Both the position numbers and the translations under genes were made by a program. The notes beneath the pieces are model-generated. The model did no database searches. It saw nothing but the letters and a program-made list of their open reading frames with translations, and was not told where the DNA came from. Of a stretch of 64,000 nucleotides of DNA, positions 7,235 through 16,423 are shown one piece after another. The stretch is from Candidatus Poribacteria bacterium (GTDB lineage Bacteria > Poribacteria > WGA-4E > WGA-3G). The stretch is from positions 5,786 to 69,785 of the forward strand of contig JAJECK010000016.1 in assembly GCA_022822085.1 (NCBI GenBank). Direction: 5' to 3'. Each line of letters begins with the position of its first letter. Position 1 is the stretch's first letter.

Positions 7235-9112
7235 ATGTTAACTGAAAGACAACCTATACAGCATATATTGTCAAGGCCAATTTCCATGGAACTTAATGCC
7301 TTATTTGAGAAAACAAATATTAATGCGCTTCTCCAGGAACAAGCAATTGCTGAGTTCAGTTCCCAGCATCTACATACACTGATGTGGGAAATCGCACCTG
7401 AAGGGCCAAGTCCGCCTTCCAAACCTATGCAAACATCGGCACAGCAACAAGTTGAATCCGGTCCGTACCCAGAAAGCGACTACCAATGGCTTATAGAGGT
7501 GCTTGAAACATTAACCGATATAGTGGAGCGGAACGCAAACAACAACTTTGCTGCACTGCCCAAAGCCGACTATGAACAACTTGATGCAGTGTTAAAAGAG
7601 TTAATCTATACTGTTGGTGATAATGAAAAACATCCCTTGGCACCATTGATGGATTTCATCGGTGTCCTTATCTCACAGTATGAAGACGAACACTTTCCAA
7701 AATTGCCAGACCTATTCCCCGAACTAAAGGAAGGTGAAGAACCAAACGACACAAAAAATGAAAATCAACAAGATAACTCTACCAAGGAGTCGGAAAAACC
7801 TACAAAAGCACTTGTTGCGGAGGCTTTTTTTTCTATCGGTAACCTACTTTCGGATGGAGGTAAGACAGAAGAAGCGATCTCCGCTTATGATCAGGTGATA
7901 CAATTAAATCCTGAATATATAAATGCTTACTACAATCGTGGGAGAGCAAAAGGGATATTAGGTCAATATGAGGATGAGATCGCTGATCTTGATGAGGCAC
8001 TTCGACTCGAACCGAATTATGCAGAAATTTACCTCTTACGTGGCAGTGCCAATGTCGCACTGAATCATTATGAATCTGCAATTGCAGATATAGATAAAAG
8101 CATCCAATTAAATCTTGACAAGTCCATTGTTTATCTGGCAAGTTTCTTGCGTGGTTGTGCTAATGTTATGTTGACGCACCATAAATCTGCGATTGCCGAT
8201 TTTGATGAGACTCTCCGCCTCAAACCAGATCATGCTCAAGGGTACTTCAAGCGCGGGAGTGCAAGAATTGGATTAACACATTATAAAGCAGCAATTGCGG
8301 ATTTTGATAAAGGCCTCCAACTTGAACCAAATGACTCTGATGCCTATTTCCTAAGAGGCTATGCTAAACACAACATAGAACAAAACAAAGCTGCAATTGC
8401 AGATTTAGATGAAGCCCTCCGTCTCAACTCAAATTTTTTCGTAGCTCACTTTTTGAGAGGCACTATAAAATTTTTGCTTAATCAATATGAATCTGCGATT
8501 ATAGATTTAAACAACGGTATTCATCTCTATCCAGACTTTGCTGAAGCTTACGCGGTGAGGGGTTATGCAAAATATGTATTAAAACAATATGAAATGGCAA
8601 TCGCTGATTTTGACGAAACTATTAAGCTAAAACCAGACAATGCTGAAACTTACTCTTTGCGCGGCTATGTAAAATATAAACTGCACAAATATAATGCTGC
8701 GATCACTGATTTTGACGAAACTATTAAGCTAAAACCAGACAATGCTGAAGCTTATAACAATCGCGGACATCTGAAAAACAAAATTGGTCGATATGAATCC
8801 GCAATTACTGATTGCGATATATCACTTGAGATAGATCCAGATCACGCCTGGGCTTACACAAATCGTGGATATGCAAAAATTCAGTTAGGGCAGACTGAGT
8901 CTGCTTTGATAGACTGTGATAAGGCGATAAGTTTAGATCCGACTTTAGCTGAAGCCTACCATACCCGAGGTGAGGCGCAAATCCTCTTAGGCAAAACTCA
9001 GGAAGCAGAAACAGATTTCCAAAAAGCCTTAGAATTAGCAGAACAAGCAGAAAACCAAGAACTTATAGATGAAGTTAAACAATTACTCCAAGAACTTGAA
9101 AACACCGAGTAG
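7235..9112 (+). CDS. HigA-N-terminus-like module fused to a ~13-unit TPR array, in the antitoxin position downstream of higB
   Basis: The ATG is 3 nt after the higB stop. ADYEQLDAVLKELIYTVGDNEKHPLAPLMDFIGVLISQYEDEHFP resembles the helical segment that precedes the HTH in HigA-type antitoxins. No HTH follows. Instead there is an acidic linker and then TPR units (AYYNRGRAKGILGQYEDEIADLDEALRLEPNYAE...). Confidence 0.7.
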   Translation: MLTERQPIQHILSRPISMELNALFEKTNINALLQEQAIAEFSSQHLHTLMWEIAPEGPSPPSKPMQTSAQQQVESGPYPESDYQWLIEVLETLTDIVERNANNNFAALPKADYEQLDAVLKELIYTVGDNEKHPLAPLMDFIGVLISQYEDEHFPKLPDLFPELKEGEEPNDTKNENQQDNSTKESEKPTKALVAEAFFSIGNLLSDGGKTEEAISAYDQVIQLNPEYINAYYNRGRAKGILGQYEDEIADLDEALRLEPNYAEIYLLRGSANVALNHYESAIADIDKSIQLNLDKSIVYLASFLRGCANVMLTHHKSAIADFDETLRLKPDHAQGYFKRGSARIGLTHYKAAIADFDKGLQLEPNDSDAYFLRGYAKHNIEQNKAAIADLDEALRLNSNFFVAHFLRGTIKFLLNQYESAIIDLNNGIHLYPDFAEAYAVRGYAKYVLKQYEMAIADFDETIKLKPDNAETYSLRGYVKYKLHKYNAAITDFDETIKLKPDNAEAYNNRGHLKNKIGRYESAITDCDISLEIDPDHAWAYTNRGYAKIQLGQTESALIDCDKAISLDPTLAEAYHTRGEAQILLGKTQEAETDFQKALELAEQAENQELIDEVKQLLQELENTE

Positions 9113-9122
9113 AAGCGATTAA

Positions 9123-9893
9123 CTACGAAATCTCCGGTGGCGGTTCACCCACTGCAGACTCCCCGTCTCGCAACAACGGTTCTGCATTTCCCCACAATCG
9201 ACTCCCATCGTGTGACAGAAGTGGCTCTGCAGAATACTGTGCTAAATACGCTCTACGCATGGAATTTGTCGTATTTGTTCCGCTACTGTGGAAATTGACG
9301 CTTGTAAATGCAACGATACTCCCTGCAGGTACGATTGCTGCGACTCCCTTCTCCGGACCGAAATACCCCACCAGATCATTACTACCTTCCTCACGGATAT
9401 GTTTCACCCAAGAACGGATACCGATATGTGAATACGGCATGACATAGACAGTCCCATTCTCTTCAGACATATCATCAAGTGCACACCAACATGTCAAATA
9501 CGGTTTGTGATCAGGATAGCCGACGTAACCCGAATCCTGATGCCAACTGAATTTCATGCCAGCTTCTGCACCCTTGACAACATATTGCTCCCAAAATAGA
9601 TATGCATTGTTACCCAAGGTCGCGCGGCACACCTCTGCCATGAGTTCGCTGAACAGAAATTCGCGAAGTTTCGGTTGTTGCCTAAAGCAGTTCGAGACAA
9701 AGTAACGTTTATTACGATGATTAAGTCCCATCACATCCTTATTTTCGCGTTCCATCCGTTCATCCATTTGACTGATGAAATTTCCACATTCTCCGCGAAG
9801 CAATTCCAAAAGGTTTTCAGGAATCACACTTTCCAAAATGAAATATCCTTCCTCTTGGTACTGCTGTTTCTGTTCATCGGTAATGTTAATCAA
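9123..9893 (-). CDS. Phytanoyl-CoA dioxygenase (PhyH) family Fe(II)/2-oxoglutarate oxygenase
   Basis: ..EQKQQYQEEGYFILESVIP.., FSWHQDSGY, HSSGTNTTNSMRRAY. The track start at 9950 overlaps the upstream gene. A TTG at 9893, preceded by AGGAG 8 nt upstream, is the more likely start. Confidence 0.75.
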   Translation of the reverse strand: MINITDEQKQQYQEEGYFILESVIPENLLELLRGECGNFISQMDERMERENKDVMGLNHRNKRYFVSNCFRQQPKLREFLFSELMAEVCRATLGNNAYLFWEQYVVKGAEAGMKFSWHQDSGYVGYPDHKPYLTCWCALDDMSEENGTVYVMPYSHIGIRSWVKHIREEGSNDLVGYFGPEKGVAAIVPAGSIVAFTSVNFHSSGTNTTNSMRRAYLAQYSAEPLLSHDGSRLWGNAEPLLRDGESAVGEPPPEIS

Positions 9894-9904
9894 ATTGGGT
9901 TCTC

Positions 9905-11041
9905 CTATTCTATGTTTATTTTGCGTACAACCTGTCCGTTGCTTTCCCAATAGGTATGTTTACCCTTGATGTAGTCTGAATCTCCTGCAGGTTGGATATT
10001 CCCCTTCGTATCAATAGCACGCGAGACGATTGTATGTTCACCTTTTGAAGGGTTCTCCCAATTGAGATGCCAGATTTTCCAAGCGTATTCAGCATCTTCT
10101 TCAGGGTCTATCGTAGCGATTTGCCAAGGTCCACCATCAATACTAACTTCTACTCTATCAATGGGAGCACCCCATGCAGCACCGTAGATACGGTATTCAT
10201 CATTGTAGACCGTAACTTTTGCTGCTAACGATTTCAACTGGGTTCTGCCAACAGATGTTTCCATCCATACAGTTTCACCATCAGGTCGGGTTTCTTTACG
10301 CATGGTCACATAATCGCGTGCCATGAATCTACCCATAAACCGTGTGTTCCGCACTTCTATCCGTTTAAGCCATTTGACACATGCAATTCCATACCAACCA
10401 GGTGCGATCAGTCGAAGAGGGGCACCGTTGTCATGAGGTAATGAAACACCGTTCATTTCGTAACATAACAAATTCGTGTCTTCTAATGCGTCCTCTACAG
10501 ACATACTTCTGGCAAAGTTCTGCTGCATCGTAACTTTTCTCAAATTTTCTTTACCTGAATCATGCCCGAAAAATATCACTTCTATGCCATCCTCTTTTAT
10601 GCCTGCTTCTTTGAGGATAGGCGCGAGTGGTGTTCCACCCCATTTTGCAGTGCCAATAGCCCCTGTAAATGTCGGGAAACCGTGGTTACCAGAGCATTCC
10701 AATGTAAAGGTTACATCCTGCTTTGGTCTTGCTTTGATGTCATCAATTGTGAGCATCATCGGATTTTCAACTAACCCGCTAATTTCCAATTTCCAATTTT
10801 CAAGATCAACTGCCGGTTTCCCATAATGTGATACATTGAAGAATTGATCATTCGGTGTAATGAAAGAATCAAATTTATTCCAATCAAGCAAAACACGATT
10901 TGATGAAGAATTGGGTGGTTGGTCCAAAAAGGGAATTAGTTTTTCACCTTCAATTTTGGGAAATGCATGAATCGCCCATGGGCTGAGCATAAATGCAGTT
11001 AACGTTAAGCCACTGCTTCTTAAAAAATCTCTGCGCTCCAT
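9905..11041 (-). CDS. Tat-exported molybdopterin oxidoreductase of the sulfite oxidase family (SorA-like)
   Basis: Twin-arginine signal MERRDFLRSSGLTLTAFML. Mo-ligand context TLECSGNHG. The C-terminal dimerisation-domain pattern is present (...YRIYGAAWGAPIDRVEVSIDGGPWQ). Confidence 0.75.
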   Translation of the reverse strand: MERRDFLRSSGLTLTAFMLSPWAIHAFPKIEGEKLIPFLDQPPNSSSNRVLLDWNKFDSFITPNDQFFNVSHYGKPAVDLENWKLEISGLVENPMMLTIDDIKARPKQDVTFTLECSGNHGFPTFTGAIGTAKWGGTPLAPILKEAGIKEDGIEVIFFGHDSGKENLRKVTMQQNFARSMSVEDALEDTNLLCYEMNGVSLPHDNGAPLRLIAPGWYGIACVKWLKRIEVRNTRFMGRFMARDYVTMRKETRPDGETVWMETSVGRTQLKSLAAKVTVYNDEYRIYGAAWGAPIDRVEVSIDGGPWQIATIDPEEDAEYAWKIWHLNWENPSKGEHTIVSRAIDTKGNIQPAGDSDYIKGKHTYWESNGQVVRKINIE

Positions 11042-11051
11042 TGAAATACCT

Positions 11052-11789
11052 CTACGCTTTCATTGCTGTGGTGTAGTTAAGATTGACTTGTGTCCAATTA
11101 ACAACATTAGACCAGGCTTCGATATAATCTGCACGTCGGTTCTGGTATTTTAGATAGTATGCGTGTTCCCATACATCCAATCCGAGAATTGGTGTATGTC
11201 CTTGCATCAGCGGACTATCTTGGTTTTTAGTTGAATAGATTTGTAATTTCTTCTTCTCATCAACAACAAGCCATGCCCATCCCGAACCGAAACGCGTTTT
11301 TGCGGTGTCGGTAAACTTCTGAACTGCAGCATCAATTGAACCAAAGGTAGATTGTAAATCTTCAGCAACTTTACCTTTTAGTTGTCTACCATCAGGAATC
11401 ATTGTGCTCCAGAAAAGCGTGTGGTTGGCGTGTCCTCCACCACTGTTTATTACTGCTCGTCGAATTTTCCTCGGAACTTTATCAATGTTTCTAAGTAAAT
11501 CCTCAATAGATTGTTCAGCTAAGGTATGATCATCAGCAACGGCAGCATTTAATTTATTGACATAACCTTGATGGTGTTTCCCGTAATGGATTTCCATTGT
11601 CCGTTTGTCAATATGCGGTTCAAGTGCATCATATCCATAACGTAATTTCGGGATTTCATATCCGTGTTTCTCGGCACCCTGTTCATGGTGGTCTGCTAAA
11701 ACTTGTAACGGAACTTTAGCAACTAATATCCCAGTTAATAAAGTACTACCATTCGTCAAAAATTTTCTACGATTCACTTCTTTCCTCAC
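11052..11789 (-). CDS. sod: Fe/Mn superoxide dismutase with a Tat-type signal peptide
   Basis: NRRKFLTNGSTLL twin-arginine leader. HYGKHHQGYVNKLN and DVWEHAYYLKYQNRRADYIEAWSNVVNW signatures. Confidence 0.85.
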   Translation of the reverse strand: MRKEVNRRKFLTNGSTLLTGILVAKVPLQVLADHHEQGAEKHGYEIPKLRYGYDALEPHIDKRTMEIHYGKHHQGYVNKLNAAVADDHTLAEQSIEDLLRNIDKVPRKIRRAVINSGGGHANHTLFWSTMIPDGRQLKGKVAEDLQSTFGSIDAAVQKFTDTAKTRFGSGWAWLVVDEKKKLQIYSTKNQDSPLMQGHTPILGLDVWEHAYYLKYQNRRADYIEAWSNVVNWTQVNLNYTTAMKA

Positions 11790-12004
11790 AATTTAGATTT
11801 GATTATATGTTACCAGATTAAATTGTTTGTGTCAAGAATGTGAGTATGAATTTATGAATTTCCAAAGGTTTTCAATTGACAGATATATAGTGATTCATAT
11901 AGAATAGTTAAATCCAATAAATGTTGATTCAATCAGTGGTTATCATCAATATGAGAATATACACAGTGCTTAAAACAATGCGACAATAACAATTTAAAAT
12001 TCCT

Positions 12005-14338
12005 ATGATAAAAAGAACATTTTCATATTGGTTGTGGATACTATCTATCGGTGTTTTTTCACTGGTACTTGCCGCGGCACCTCTGTTTAATATCCTTGCT
12101 TTTGAGTTTTGTGCAGTAATCACACTATTCATCGCTTTCGCAGGTGCTCATGTTGCAATGACCGAATTACAAGTGATGAAACAGGATCCTGATAAACTTG
12201 CTGGAGCATCACACAATGTAATTCTGGGATGTTTTTACCGAGCACTTAAATCAAATGGTATATTACTATTAATTCCACTAATTATTATTCTGCTAAATTC
12301 CATACGCATTAAAAATTGTAATTTCTTAGAAGGATTTCTTTTTTACCTGATATTACCAACATTAAGTTGTTTTACAGTAACTGCTGCAGGCATATATTTT
12401 AATCTGTGGATACAAAGACGTTGGCTTGCTTATTTGGTATACCTGACTTTTCTAATTGTGTCGTGTGTTCCTACAATTACAAACCTTATCTTTCATCCGC
12501 CAGTATTTGCATTTCACCCAATTCTCGGTTATTTTCCGGGACCGATTTATGATTTCGTAATCTCAATCACACCTACACTACTTATTTCCCGGACAGAAAC
12601 TATATTATGGGGATTAGTCTTTATTACTATTTCAGCTTTTACATGTGAAGTAAATAGAACAACAGCACTGATTCCCAAATTGAGATGGCAGCACCTTATT
12701 AAGTTATCTTCACAATTCTCCATTCTACGTATCACTACCATATCTTTTATGGTAGTAGCAATAATAGGGATTGAACTCTATTCTGGAAAGTTAGGTATTC
12801 GTCCATCACGTAAAGACATCACACAAGCTTTAGGAGGTTATAGAGAAACTGAACACTTTGAAATATATTTTGCCAGAGAACTTGATAGTGAGATTGACTT
12901 ATTTGCAGACGATTGTGAATTTCGTTATGCTCAGTTATCAGAGTACTTACAGACAGAGAATTCTCGTAAGGTTCGTGCATATCTCTATGCTTCACCAACA
13001 CAGAAAAAGCGACTGATAGGTGCAGGTGATACTTTCGTTGAAGACCCATTTGGCTATGGATTTCATGTTCATTCTCTCAGTTTCCCACATCCAGTCCTAA
13101 AACATGAACTCGCGCATGTGTTGACAGCTGACTGGTCCCCATGGAAAGTTAGTTTAAATGTTGGAATGCATGAAGGCGTTGCCGTTGCTGCGGATTGGGA
13201 AGAAGATAAATTAACCGTCCACCAATGGGCAAAAGCGATGCAAGCATTAAATGTCGCGCCTCCCCTCTCAAGTGTAATGAGTCTCGGATTTTGGAAACAT
13301 GCTGGTTCACGCAGCTACCTAATGGCTGGTTCATTCGTCCGTTTTCTTATTGAAAAATACGGTATAGAAAAGTGTAAACAAGCTTTTCCAATAGGGAATT
13401 TGTCAAGAGTATATGAAAAGGATTTGAATGCATTGGAAAGAGAATGGCGATTGTACTTAGGAAATGAGGTCTCTTTGCATAAAGAAGAATTGGACTATGC
13501 AACACAGAGGCTTAAAAGAGGTGGTATCTTTGAACAGGTGTGCGCGCATGAAATGGCATCATTACGACAAGACGCTTGGAGGGCGTATTACCGACAAGAT
13601 TATTCAACCGCTGTTGAATCTTTCCAAAAAATGCTGTCCTTTGAACCTAAGAATACAAGAAACATACGCGGATTAATGTATAGCACCTACTACACAGGTA
13701 ATTTTCAATCTACAATTGCAATTGCAAAACGAATAATTTCAGATAAAAACACGCAATTTAGAGCAGAGGCAGCACAGGTACTTGGAGACATCTACTGGAT
13801 ACAAGGAAAGACTGAGGATGCTTTGACGACATATCAACAAGCATATAAACAAGTTGCACGCGAATCTATTGAACGAAAGTTAGTTAAACGTATTGCAGCA
13901 CTATCATTAAGTTTTTCTCCTGAATCCAGAAATCGGTTGAGAAGAGTACTTGTTCCTAATAGTAATCTTGGTCGCACCGCTAATGGAACTAAAATGGTAC
14001 TGCTATCACGTATTAATATAACTGAACCTAATATCTGGTTACCCTATTATTTGATAGGTGAATTACTTCATAAGGAAGAGGAATGGGAATTAAGCACACA
14101 ATATTTGCATCATGCCTTAGACTTAGGAAACGGTGTTGAAGAAATGCCTATGCCCCAAAATATTCGTATTGAATCATTACAGGTATTAGGGACGAATGCA
14201 TTTCGCAAGAAAGACTACGCAATAGCTGAGAGGATATATACTGAAATTGCTGCAAATAAGACACTCTCGTTGGGAGATGTGCATGAGGTGCAAGTGTGGG
14301 TAGAACGTTGTCGGTGGGCAGCAAAGAAAAAGCCTTAA
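12005..14338 (+). CDS. Polytopic membrane protein with an HExxH (peptidase_MA-like) domain and a TPR-like C-terminal domain
   Basis: About 8 hydrophobic segments in the first 260 aa. HPVLKHELAHVL...GMHEGVAVA resembles HExxH...EG metalloprotease-like modules. The C-terminal half has helical repeats of TPR character. Confidence 0.5.
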   Translation: MIKRTFSYWLWILSIGVFSLVLAAAPLFNILAFEFCAVITLFIAFAGAHVAMTELQVMKQDPDKLAGASHNVILGCFYRALKSNGILLLIPLIIILLNSIRIKNCNFLEGFLFYLILPTLSCFTVTAAGIYFNLWIQRRWLAYLVYLTFLIVSCVPTITNLIFHPPVFAFHPILGYFPGPIYDFVISITPTLLISRTETILWGLVFITISAFTCEVNRTTALIPKLRWQHLIKLSSQFSILRITTISFMVVAIIGIELYSGKLGIRPSRKDITQALGGYRETEHFEIYFARELDSEIDLFADDCEFRYAQLSEYLQTENSRKVRAYLYASPTQKKRLIGAGDTFVEDPFGYGFHVHSLSFPHPVLKHELAHVLTADWSPWKVSLNVGMHEGVAVAADWEEDKLTVHQWAKAMQALNVAPPLSSVMSLGFWKHAGSRSYLMAGSFVRFLIEKYGIEKCKQAFPIGNLSRVYEKDLNALEREWRLYLGNEVSLHKEELDYATQRLKRGGIFEQVCAHEMASLRQDAWRAYYRQDYSTAVESFQKMLSFEPKNTRNIRGLMYSTYYTGNFQSTIAIAKRIISDKNTQFRAEAAQVLGDIYWIQGKTEDALTTYQQAYKQVARESIERKLVKRIAALSLSFSPESRNRLRRVLVPNSNLGRTANGTKMVLLSRINITEPNIWLPYYLIGELLHKEEEWELSTQYLHHALDLGNGVEEMPMPQNIRIESLQVLGTNAFRKKDYAIAERIYTEIAANKTLSLGDVHEVQVWVERCRWAAKKKP

Positions 14339-14387
14339 TTGTTGTCATATATGTACCATTTTCTCTAAAATTAGATTTAAAGTCAAC

Positions 14388-14416
14388 TTGACCACAGCAC
14401 ATATTCATAATATAAT
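14388..14416 (+). promoter_or_regulatory. Sigma70-type promoter upstream of the kinase-nucleotidyltransferase gene
   Basis: TTGACC (14388-14393), a 17-nt spacer, then TATAAT (14411-14416). It lies 70 nt upstream of the ATG at 14487. Confidence 0.5.
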
Positions 14417-14486
14417 ATATGTATCAGATTTTAAGTTATCTATAATGGCAATTCCCTATCACTAACTACAATCAATAAGGATCGCA

Positions 14487-16406
14487 ATGAAGTTATTTGT
14501 TCCAGGACGTATATGTCTCTTCGGAGAACACAGCGATTGGGCTGGTGGACACCGGCGTACAAATGCTGAGCTTGAAAAAGGATATACCATCATAACAAGC
14601 ACCAATCAAGGTGTGTATGCCGAAGTACAACCACATCCAACAAGTCTTATTTTGAAAACCAGTCTAAGCGATGGGACACGTCACGGTCCTTTTACATTAC
14701 CGATGGAACCCGCTGCTTTACTTGAAGAAGCTGAAAAAGGCGGATTTTTCAGTTATGCAGCGGGTGTTGCCTATCAAATTCTCACAAATTATCGCGTCCA
14801 AGGGTTAGAAATAGATAACTATCTAACGGACTTACCTGTGAAAAAAGGGCTTTCTTCCAGTGCAGCAATCTGTGTATTAGTTGCCCGTGCATTCAATAGA
14901 ATATACGATTTAAAGATGACAACACGTGGGGAAATGGAATGTGCATATCAAGGAGAGATAAAAACACCTTCGCGTTGTGGTAGGATGGATCAAGGATGTG
15001 CATATCAACATCCTGTCCTAATGAGTTTTGATGGGGATAACATAGATGTTAAAGAATTTAGTGTCCCGTCAGATCTATACATGGTCATTGTTGACTTAGG
15101 AACAGGTAAAGATACACGTCTGATATTAAGTCAGTTAAATCACTGTTATCCATTTGCAGAAAACGATATGCAGAAAAATGTCCAACACTATCTCGGAAAT
15201 ATAAATAAAGATATAACACAATCTGCCTTACAGGCATTGAGACATGGGAATGCGGAGGCAATTGGCAAGTTAATGACGCGAGCACAGAATCAGTTTGATG
15301 AACACCTCATCCCTGCATGTCCAACACAATTGACGGCACCCGTGCTTCACAAGGTGTTAAACTATGAACCTATACAACCTTTTATCTGGGGAGGGAAGGG
15401 AGTCGGTTCTCAAGGTGATGGTTCTGCACAATTCATTGTGAAGGATGAGGAGAGTCAGCGAAAAGTAATTGAGATTATTGAACGAGATCTGCAGATGTCC
15501 TGCCTGAAACTTGTCATTGAATCAAGTAAACAGGTGCGTAAGGCAGTTATCCCCGCCGCTGGATTTGGCACTCGCCTTTTTCCAGCATCAAAAGCGATGA
15601 AAAAGGAACTCTTTCCGGTAATAGACCATACTGGTCGTGCAAAACCTGCGATCATGGCTATCGTTGAAGAAGCAGTCAACGCAGGTATTGAGGAAGTATG
15701 TCTGATTGTTCAAAGCAGAGATATTGATCTCTTTGAATCATTTTTCAAAACACCTCCTCGTATTGAACATTATAACAAACTTAGTAAAGAAAATAAGGCG
15801 TACTGTGATTACTTAATTGAATTAGGAAGTCGTATTTCTTTTGTCACGCAAGATGTTCAGGAAGGGTTTGGTCATGCAGTGTATTGTGCAAAAGATTGGG
15901 TCAACGGAGAACCGTTCCTATTGATGTTAGGGGATCATCTCTACGGTTCCGATGAAGCATTGTCTTGTGCGAAACAGGTCATAGATGCTTACGAGCGGGT
16001 AGGTCATAGTGTTGTAGGGTTAAAGGAGACCCCGATAGATGAACTGTCAAATTTTGGGTGTGTTACAGGTGTATGGGGAGAAGAAGCATCAACACTATCT
16101 GTAACTGAGTTTTATGAAAAACCAGATCCTGAATATGCAAGGGAACACTTACATGTAGATGGGATGGACGATGATAGTTTCCTCACAGTATTCGGAATTT
16201 ATGTGATTGAACCACAGATATTTGGGTTTTTAGAACAGAATATAGAGCATAACTTCCGTGAACGTGGAGAATTTCAACTCACATCATGTTTAGATGATTT
16301 GCGGAAGGCAGATGGTTTTTCTGGTTATGTCGTGAAGGGACGACGGTTTGACATCGGTATACCAGAGGAATATCGGCAAACGGTGATAGATTTTAGAAAT
16401 GCGTAG
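14487..16406 (+). CDS. Bifunctional sugar-1-kinase (GHMP, galactokinase-like) / sugar-1-phosphate nucleotidyltransferase (GalU-like)
   Basis: The N-terminus has PGRICLFGEHSDWAG (galactokinase signature-like) and the GHMP motif PVKKGLSSSAAICV. From ~aa 350, KAVIPAAGFGTRLFPASKAMKKELFPV is the UTP-glucose-1-P uridylyltransferase-type G-x-G-T-R-x-x-P-x-x-K motif. Confidence 0.7.
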   Translation: MKLFVPGRICLFGEHSDWAGGHRRTNAELEKGYTIITSTNQGVYAEVQPHPTSLILKTSLSDGTRHGPFTLPMEPAALLEEAEKGGFFSYAAGVAYQILTNYRVQGLEIDNYLTDLPVKKGLSSSAAICVLVARAFNRIYDLKMTTRGEMECAYQGEIKTPSRCGRMDQGCAYQHPVLMSFDGDNIDVKEFSVPSDLYMVIVDLGTGKDTRLILSQLNHCYPFAENDMQKNVQHYLGNINKDITQSALQALRHGNAEAIGKLMTRAQNQFDEHLIPACPTQLTAPVLHKVLNYEPIQPFIWGGKGVGSQGDGSAQFIVKDEESQRKVIEIIERDLQMSCLKLVIESSKQVRKAVIPAAGFGTRLFPASKAMKKELFPVIDHTGRAKPAIMAIVEEAVNAGIEEVCLIVQSRDIDLFESFFKTPPRIEHYNKLSKENKAYCDYLIELGSRISFVTQDVQEGFGHAVYCAKDWVNGEPFLLMLGDHLYGSDEALSCAKQVIDAYERVGHSVVGLKETPIDELSNFGCVTGVWGEEASTLSVTEFYEKPDPEYAREHLHVDGMDDDSFLTVFGIYVIEPQIFGFLEQNIEHNFRERGEFQLTSCLDDLRKADGFSGYVVKGRRFDIGIPEEYRQTVIDFRNA

Positions 16407-16423
16407 TCAAGCTTTACTATATC

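Noticed and set aside
4800-9000. 102-bp periodicity and near-identical short repeats, which could be mistaken for a CRISPR-like or satellite array
   Set aside because: The period equals one 34-aa TPR unit, and the repeats are in frame within long ORFs with a clear TPR consensus. There is no repeat-spacer structure. The same reasoning applies to the ~120-130-bp periodicity of the WD40 genes at 54-64 kb.
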